From contig JAKURY010000009.1 of the NCBI GenBank assembly GCA_022452145.1, positions 18,120 through 82,119 of the forward strand: 64,000 bases of DNA. Direction: 5' to 3'. Below, piece by piece: positions 57,809-64,000 of the stretch (position 1 is the first letter of the stretch; the number at the start of each line of letters is the position of its first letter). The notes under the pieces were generated by a model. The model had not been told where the DNA came from and made no database searches. It saw nothing but the letters and a program-made list of their open reading frames with translations. The stretch comes from Acidimicrobiales bacterium (GTDB lineage: Bacteria > Actinomycetota > Acidimicrobiia > Acidimicrobiales > MedAcidi-G1). Position numbers and translations under genes: made by a program.

Positions 57809-58312
57809 TCAGCCGATGGCCTGTTCGACGAGGAAACCCGAGAGGAACACCGTGATGCCGATTGCCGTGGCGGTGGCCACGCCGCCCATCACCACGAACA
57901 GGGCGAGCAGCACCACGGATCGGACCCGGTGCCACCAGCGGATGTGGGCCTGTCGGCCGGTGGGCACCCGCCGCGGTGGCTGGAACCAGATGCCCAGGCG
58001 GGCGGCCGGGCTCCATGGCCGGTCTATCGCGTACTCGAGGTCTCCAGTCGGTGGGAGGAGTGAGCTCCGAGCCTGGTGGACCATGCGCCGGAACCCGGCT
58101 GGCTGGTCCACCAGGATCGGAGCGATTCTCCAGGTGTCGGCGCGGGTGCTGGTGCCGGACGCGGCCGGGACCGTGGCAGGCTGGATGGCCCCCGGTGGGA
58201 ACCGGCGAGATCGCCCGTAGCCGACGGCGCCCAGGACAAGCACCATCAACGACCAGGACACCAGCAGCGGCATCGGTACCGATCCGACGGGAATCGCCGA
58301 CAGCATCTCCAC
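57809..58312 (-). CDS. Hypothetical membrane protein (2 TM)
   Basis: 167-aa ORF with TMs near both termini, immediately upstream of the HEAT-repeat gene. Confidence 0.5.
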   Translation of the reverse strand: MEMLSAIPVGSVPMPLLVSWSLMVLVLGAVGYGRSRRFPPGAIQPATVPAASGTSTRADTWRIAPILVDQPAGFRRMVHQARSSLLPPTGDLEYAIDRPWSPAARLGIWFQPPRRVPTGRQAHIRWWHRVRSVVLLALFVVMGGVATATAIGITVFLSGFLVEQAIG

Positions 58313-58406
58313 GACGGGAAAACTACCCGCGGTCGAGGGCGTTGCCGGGCGCGTTACCCGCCGATGGGGACGCTCCGGACCGACCTACGGCTCCGTCGCC
58401 CGCAGG

Positions 58407-59420
58407 TTGACCGGGGCAATCGTGCTCCTCATCGTGGTAGCGGCGCTGCTCCTCACCTTCCTCAGGCTGCCCTACTTCGTGTTCCGACCGGGCTCTGTCC
58501 AGGCGCTGAGCGACAGGGTGGTCATCACCCGCGGTGAGCGGTTCGACCCGGTCGGCGAGGTGTACTTCACGACGGTCCGCCAGGACTCCACGGTCAACGG
58601 GTGGGAGTACCTGGAGGCGAAGTTGAAGGGGTCCCTCACCCTCATCGAGGAAGACAAGGTGCTGGGCGGCCGGAGCCGCGACGAGAATCGGGTCTTCAAC
58701 ATGAGGCTGATGCGGGTGTCCAAGTCGACGGCGGTAGCGGTCGCCCTCCGCCACCTCGGCATCGAACCGATCGTGGCGACCGGTGTGGGCATGGCCCAGG
58801 TCGGCGGTCCGTCCACCGGACTGCTGACCACCGATGACGTGATCCTCTCGGTGGACGGCATGCCCATACGCGAGGCGATGGACCTCGTGCGAGCCATCGG
58901 TGGCCGGACCCCCGGTGACGTGGTGAGCCTCGAGGTGGAGCCGGTACGCGGCGGGAGGTCCCGGGTCGTCGAGGTCACCCTTGGTGCTCGGGAGGATGAC
59001 CCGGCGGTCGGCCTCCTCGGGGTCGTGCCCCAGACGCGGTGGGAGGACGTGGAGGACCTGCCCGTCGACGTGCTGGTGAACACCGGGGGCGTTGGAGGCA
59101 ACTCGGCCGGCCTGGCCCTGACCCTCTCCATCCTCGACCTTGTGACCCCGGGGGAGCTCACCGGTGGCCTGAGGGTGGCGACGACCGGCACCATCGACAT
59201 GGATGGCAACGTTGGTTCGATCGGGGGGATCATCCAGAAGGTCGTGGCGGCTGAGCGTGGCGGTATCGACCTGTTCCTGGTGCCGGTGCGCGAGCTGGGT
59301 GATGCCCGGGAGCACTCCGGTGGCCTCACCGTGGAGGGCGTGGCGACCCTCGACGATGCCCTGGCGGCCCTGGCCCGTCACGGCGGCGAGACCCGCGACC
59401 TGACGCTTCCCGCGACCTGA
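58407..59420 (+). CDS. PDZ-domain Lon-like (S16) protease, YlbL/SdrC-like
   Basis: N-terminal TM, PDZ (VILSVDGMPI...GDVVSLEV), and Lon_C with GGNSAGLALTLSILD...GGIIQKV. Confidence 0.85.
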   Translation: MTGAIVLLIVVAALLLTFLRLPYFVFRPGSVQALSDRVVITRGERFDPVGEVYFTTVRQDSTVNGWEYLEAKLKGSLTLIEEDKVLGGRSRDENRVFNMRLMRVSKSTAVAVALRHLGIEPIVATGVGMAQVGGPSTGLLTTDDVILSVDGMPIREAMDLVRAIGGRTPGDVVSLEVEPVRGGRSRVVEVTLGAREDDPAVGLLGVVPQTRWEDVEDLPVDVLVNTGGVGGNSAGLALTLSILDLVTPGELTGGLRVATTGTIDMDGNVGSIGGIIQKVVAAERGGIDLFLVPVRELGDAREHSGGLTVEGVATLDDALAALARHGGETRDLTLPAT

Positions 59421-59535
59421 GCCGCCCCGGGGTCGAGACGCAGCCCCGCTACTCGTCCCGGCTCCCGTGAGGCTCCGGCAGGATTCCCGTCAGGCCACTG
59501 CCCGGTGGTCGGAGCCCGCCCCATAGGCTCTCTAC

Positions 59536-62500
59536 ATGCGCCCCGAAGATGCCCCGCCACCCGGTCGGCGTCCCTTCCGCGGTCCCCGGCGGCGCCGCTC
59601 CCAGAGTTCCACGAAGTTCCGCTTGCTGGTCGGTGGCGTCGTGTCGGCGTTCTTCGTCCTGCTGTTGTCGTTGCGGGGCATAGCGGGCTTCTGGACCGAC
59701 TACCTGTGGTTCGACGCCCTCGGCCACGAGGACGTGTTCGTCTCGGTGTTCGGCGCCCAGGTCGTCCTGGTGGTGTTGTTCACAGCGCTCTTCTTCGGGA
59801 TCCTGTTCGGCAACCTCACGATGGCCGATCGCCTGGCGCCGCGCATCCGACCGCCGGGGCCGGAGGAGGACCTGCTGCGCGGCTACCACATGATGGTGGG
59901 CCATCGGAGGCTGCTGGTCCGACTGGTGCTTTCCGGCCTATTCGCGCTGATCTCGGGGCTCAGCGTGTCGGGGCGCTGGCAGGAGTGGCTGCTGTTCACC
60001 AATGCCGTGGATTTCGGCATCCTCGATGCCCAGTTCGATCGCGATCTCGGCTTCTACGTCTTCCGCCTACCGTTCATGAGTTTCGTGGTCGGCTGGTTGT
60101 TCGCCACGCTGATCATCACCCTCGTCCTCACCACGATCTTCCACTACATCAACGGTGGCATCCGGCTCCAGACGATCGGCGAGCGCGTCCAGCCACAGGT
60201 CAAGGCCCACCTGTCGGTGCTGCTGGGCCTCATCGCCCTGGTGCGGGCCGGTGACTACTGGCTGGCCCGTTTCGAGTTGACCACCTCGGATCGCGGCGCC
60301 GTGGTGGGAGCCACCTACACCGACATCAAGGCGCAGTTGCCGGCCACGAACCTGCTGATCCTCATCTCCCTCTTCGCAGTGGCGCTGCTGCTGGTGAACA
60401 TCAGACGGCGGGGCTGGGTGCTGCCCACGCTGGCCGTCGGGCTGTGGGCGTTTGTGGCTCTGATCATGGGCAACATCTATCCGGCTGTCATCCAGAACCT
60501 GCGGGTGGAGCCGGCGGAGTCCGAGAAGGAACAGCCCTACATAGCCCGCAACATCACGTCCACCCGGCTGGCGTTCGGACTCGACGGGATCACCGCGGTG
60601 CAGCTCGCCGACTTCGACAACGAGATCACCGCGGCCGACCTGCGGGCCAACGGGGGGACGGTTCGCAACATCCGCATCCTCGACCCGCTGGTCGTCCAGG
60701 GCACCTTCGACCGCCTGCAGGGCGAGCGCGAGTACTACTCCTTCGCCGCCGAGATGGACACCGACCGGTACACCATCGACGGCGAGACCACCCAGGTGCT
60801 GTTGGGCACCCGTGAGTTGGACCTCAACGAGACACGATCGTGGGAGAATCAGCATGTGGCCTTCACCCACGGCTACGGCGTGGCCATGGCGCCGGTCAGC
60901 CGGGTGAAGGGTTCGGGCGACCCGGACTTCCTGGTCGGGGACCTCCCGGTGGTCATCGATCCGTCGGTCGAGGTGACCCTGGACCGGCCGCAGCTCTACG
61001 TGGGCGAGGGCCTCGGTGGCTATGCGGTGGTCGGTGCCAGCCGCTCCGAGGTGGACTTCACCGACGAGAACCAGGAGACCCAGACCGTCCGGTATGCGGA
61101 CATCGGCGGCGAGGGTGGTGTCGGCATGGGATCGATGACCCGGAGGGCGGCGTTCGCCCTGCGGTTCGGCCAGTTGGAGCCGCTGATCTCCAACTTCGTG
61201 ACCGGGGATTCACGCGTCTTCTACGTGCGCGACGTGCGACAGCGAGTGGAGAAGCTGGCTCCCTTCCTGCACTTCGACGCCGATCCGTATCCGGTGCTGA
61301 TCGATGGCCGGATCGTCTACGTGGTGGACGGGTACACGACCACCGACCGGTATCCGTATGCCCAGTTCGCCTCCACCGTGGACCTGTCGCGGTCCAGCGG
61401 CCTCCGCCACCGGTTCAACTACGTGCGGAACTCGGTGAAGGCGACAGTGGACGCATTCACCGGTGAGGTCGTGCTGTACGTGGTGGACGTAGACGATCCG
61501 CTGGTGGCTGCGTACGGAGCGGCCTTCGACGGCCTGTTCACCCCGGCGTCGGAGATGCCGCCGTCTCTGGTCGAGCACCTGAGGTACGCCGAGGACCTGT
61601 TCCGGGTCCAGACCGAGATGTGGGGTCGCTACCACGTCGAGGACACCGAGAACTTCTACCAGCGGGCCTCGGAGTGGGCGGTCTCCCAGGATCCCGGCCG
61701 GACCGGCGAGGGTGCGGCGAGCCTGGCGCTGGTCGACGATCAGGGCTTCAGGATCGGCACGGCGCGCAGGCGCATGGCGCCGTACAGGACCATGGTCGCC
61801 CTGCCCGACGGCGACGATGCCGAGTTCGTGATCATGCGGGCCTTCGTGCCGCTGGACGAGGATGACGCTCGCAAGGAACTGGCCGCGTTCATAGTGGGCC
61901 GGAGCGATGGCGACCACTACGGCGAGCTGGTGGTCTACCGCCCGCCCTCGTCGAACTTCGACGGTCCGGCACTGGCCGAGGAACGGATCCGAAACGACGA
62001 GGCGGTGGCGAGCCTCCAGACCCTGCTCAGCCAGCGCGGGTCGAACGTGCTGTTCGGCGAGCTGCTGCTCGTGCCGATCGAGAACTCGATCCTCTACGTG
62101 CGCCCGCTGTACGTGCAGGCCGAGGGCGACAACACGGTGCCCGAGCTGGAGAGGGTGATCGTGGCGGCGGGCGAGAAGGTCATCATGGCCAGCTCGCTGC
62201 AGGAGGCCCTAGAAGAGCTCACCATGTCGCGTCTGGGAACCCTCTTCTCCGGCATCGACGGTGGGGCCGTGGGCTCGGAGCCGGCCTCGACGGATCCGGG
62301 AGACGGAACCGCGTCGGGAACCGGCGGTGTGGAAGATGCGGGCGGTTCGGACGTCGAAGCCGGGGATTCCTTGCCTGACGGCGAGGTCCCCGAGGACGTG
62401 GAGTCGATCGTGGCCGAGCTCTCGCGCCTACAGCGGGCTACCGCTGTCGCTCTCTCCGAGGATCCTGCCGATTGGCGGGAGTTCGGGCTCATCCAGGCAC

Positions 62501-62556
62501 GGATGCAGGATCTGCTGGACGCCCTGCTGGACGCCCTGGAGGTGTCCGTCGACTAG
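59536..62556 (+). CDS. UPF0182-family large membrane protein
   Basis: FWTDYLWFDALGHEDVF start, about 7 TM plus a large extracytoplasmic domain, 1006 aa. The pairing with a PDZ-Lon gene matches mycobacterial synteny. Confidence 0.85.
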   Translation: MRPEDAPPPGRRPFRGPRRRRSQSSTKFRLLVGGVVSAFFVLLLSLRGIAGFWTDYLWFDALGHEDVFVSVFGAQVVLVVLFTALFFGILFGNLTMADRLAPRIRPPGPEEDLLRGYHMMVGHRRLLVRLVLSGLFALISGLSVSGRWQEWLLFTNAVDFGILDAQFDRDLGFYVFRLPFMSFVVGWLFATLIITLVLTTIFHYINGGIRLQTIGERVQPQVKAHLSVLLGLIALVRAGDYWLARFELTTSDRGAVVGATYTDIKAQLPATNLLILISLFAVALLLVNIRRRGWVLPTLAVGLWAFVALIMGNIYPAVIQNLRVEPAESEKEQPYIARNITSTRLAFGLDGITAVQLADFDNEITAADLRANGGTVRNIRILDPLVVQGTFDRLQGEREYYSFAAEMDTDRYTIDGETTQVLLGTRELDLNETRSWENQHVAFTHGYGVAMAPVSRVKGSGDPDFLVGDLPVVIDPSVEVTLDRPQLYVGEGLGGYAVVGASRSEVDFTDENQETQTVRYADIGGEGGVGMGSMTRRAAFALRFGQLEPLISNFVTGDSRVFYVRDVRQRVEKLAPFLHFDADPYPVLIDGRIVYVVDGYTTTDRYPYAQFASTVDLSRSSGLRHRFNYVRNSVKATVDAFTGEVVLYVVDVDDPLVAAYGAAFDGLFTPASEMPPSLVEHLRYAEDLFRVQTEMWGRYHVEDTENFYQRASEWAVSQDPGRTGEGAASLALVDDQGFRIGTARRRMAPYRTMVALPDGDDAEFVIMRAFVPLDEDDARKELAAFIVGRSDGDHYGELVVYRPPSSNFDGPALAEERIRNDEAVASLQTLLSQRGSNVLFGELLLVPIENSILYVRPLYVQAEGDNTVPELERVIVAAGEKVIMASSLQEALEELTMSRLGTLFSGIDGGAVGSEPASTDPGDGTASGTGGVEDAGGSDVEAGDSLPDGEVPEDVESIVAELSRLQRATAVALSEDPADWREFGLIQARMQDLLDALLDALEVSVD

Positions 62557-63005
62557 CCGGCTGGTTGCCAGCCGCTGGTGCGCCGGCTGGATCCGGCCTC
62601 ATCTGCCGGAGGTGTGCCGGTGCGGGCCCGGGCCGGCGAGTCGGCGGTGAGGTCGACGAACGATTCGTCGGCTGCCAGGTCCGGGGTGGGTACGGGGGCG
62701 ACGGAGTCATCGCTCAGCGCCACGCCGGCCGATCCGGCTACCTCGGCGATGCGGGCGTTGATCTCCACGGCGACGCGGGAGAGCTCAGCTGACAGCCGGG
62801 CAATCTGGAGTCGGAGGTCCATGATCCCGTCGTCGTCGTGACCGGTGGTTCCGGCCGCGGGGTTACCGAGCACGTCGAACTGTCGTTCCATGGTCGAGAC
62901 CCGTTCGGTGAGGTCCCGTAGCCCGTTGACCAGGTCGAGGAGGGTCTGGTCCGGGGCGGACAGGTCAGCGTGGGCACTCGTCCTGTGGGAGCGGCGGAAG
63001 GCCAT
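62553..63005 (-). CDS. Hypothetical protein (coiled-coil-like N-terminal half)
   Basis: 150-aa ORF with good GC3. Its stop overlaps the UPF0182 stop within a CTAG. Confidence 0.45.
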   Translation of the reverse strand: MAFRRSHRTSAHADLSAPDQTLLDLVNGLRDLTERVSTMERQFDVLGNPAAGTTGHDDDGIMDLRLQIARLSAELSRVAVEINARIAEVAGSAGVALSDDSVAPVPTPDLAADESFVDLTADSPARARTGTPPADEAGSSRRTSGWQPAG

Positions 63006-63127
63006 GGGGCGACTGTACCCATGGCCGGTGGTGGGTCCGGGGCACGCCTAGGTCAGGCACGCTCTGGCCCGGACCCGATGCCAGGCTGCGCCATGTCGCG
63101 TCATGCCATGTCACTACCCTGCCGACC

Positions 63128-63979
63128 GTGACCAGGTTCCGGATCTCCGTGCTTCTGCTGGTCGTCGTCGTGGTCGGTCCGTCGTGCTCAGGGCACGACG
63201 GCCGGGAGATGGTCGCCAACGGCATCGGGTTCACCCCCGAGCCGAGCGTGCTGGTCGGCGAAGCAGTGCCGACGCATTCGGTCTCGGCGGATCGTGCCCG
63301 TGTCCAGGGTCAGAACACCGTCGGCGCGGTGGTCCTCGAGACGACTTCGGGAACGGTCGGGACGCTCGGTTCCCTCGGTTCCTACGAGGTCTCCACCCTG
63401 CAGTTGGGCGGCGTATGGGAGGACGATCCGCTCAACGTGGCCCTCAGGAAGCCGGTGCTGGCCGAGATCGCCAGGTTCGCCGACGACCTGGTCGTGGACG
63501 AGGAGGCTCCCGCTGTGGCGGGTCTCCTGACCGGTCGGCCGGTAGTGCACCTGCTGGACGACCGGCTGCTGAGCGTGGTGTACGACTTCGAGGTCATCCC
63601 AGGTGGTGCCGCCCGCCCGTCGGCGGTGGTCCGGTCGGTACTGCTGGACCTGGAGACGAGCGAGCCTGTGGCGATCGGCGACCTGTTCTTGGCCGGGAGC
63701 CCGTGGCCCGAGACGGTCGCCTTCCTGGCCAGGCAGGACCTGCAGGCGCGGCTGGGAGCGGGAGCGGTCTGGGACGAGGGCGCCGGCGATCGGTACGGGT
63801 TGGGGGCGGAGTCGGGGAACTTCCGCCTCTTCGGGGTCACGACGGAGCACCTGGTGCTGCGCTTCGAGCAGTATCAGGTCGGCCCGGGCGCGTTGGGGGC
63901 ACCGGAGGCGACGATCCCGTGGTCGTCGCTGGTCGGGCTGGTTGATCCCGGCGGCCCGGTGGGGCATCTGCTGCCGTAG
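63128..63979 (+). CDS. Secreted/lipoprotein candidate, DUF3298 (RsiV C-terminal-like) region
   Basis: Signal peptide ISVLLLVVVVVGPSCSG with an atypical lipobox. The C-terminal ...FRLFGVTTEHLVLRFEQYQVGPGALG resembles DUF3298. Confidence 0.55.
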   Translation: MTRFRISVLLLVVVVVGPSCSGHDGREMVANGIGFTPEPSVLVGEAVPTHSVSADRARVQGQNTVGAVVLETTSGTVGTLGSLGSYEVSTLQLGGVWEDDPLNVALRKPVLAEIARFADDLVVDEEAPAVAGLLTGRPVVHLLDDRLLSVVYDFEVIPGGAARPSAVVRSVLLDLETSEPVAIGDLFLAGSPWPETVAFLARQDLQARLGAGAVWDEGAGDRYGLGAESGNFRLFGVTTEHLVLRFEQYQVGPGALGAPEATIPWSSLVGLVDPGGPVGHLLP

Positions 63980-64000
63980 CCGGCTCGTGCCGTAGGCGGG

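Noticed and set aside
62553-62556. Convergent genes (UPF0182 and the 150-aa ORF) share overlapping stop codons within a CTAG palindrome.
   Set aside because: This is a trivial consequence of compact convergent genes, and the 150-aa ORF itself is only moderately supported.

Overview
The window is a high-GC (roughly 68-70% by eye) actinobacterial chromosomal segment. It is densely coded on both strands, with about 60 CDS and many ATGA/GTGA start-stop overlaps. Content is mostly core housekeeping: a STAS/RsbW partner-switching pair, nhaA, topA-(MFS)-tmk-holB, sucCD, purN-purH, folD, icd, mdh, sdhCAB, two WhiB-family regulators, tatA, a Na/Pi cotransporter with PhoU, surE, moaE, mreB, and a PDZ-Lon protease next to UPF0182. 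Accessory-looking genes are a cytoplasmic molybdopterin oxidoreductase, a TauD-CMD-QOR-ADH operon, a heterodimeric ABC exporter coupled to a PIG-L deacetylase, a GH2 glycosidase and an AAA+/VWA pair. I recognised no rRNA, tRNA, CRISPR array, transposase, integrase, prophage or defence genes. Most long antisense ORFs in the track are high-GC shadow frames. Several track ORFs carry spurious N-terminal extensions, which I trimmed to internal starts supported by gene overlaps or Shine-Dalgarno-like sequences. One real gene, tatA (59 aa), is missing from the track. The most unusual observation is a roughly 175-aa in-frame insertion in the C-terminal repeat region of TopA that reads like the 2B subdomain of UvrD/PcrA helicases. 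The second is a translationally coupled pair: a stand-alone PEP-utiliser phosphohistidine swivel domain and an unrecognisable 395-aa protein. The remaining findings are intergenic repeat arrays, a compositional shift in purH, an unassigned 400-bp convergent spacer and unusual gene couplings. All homology statements come from motif recognition by eye; no searches were run.
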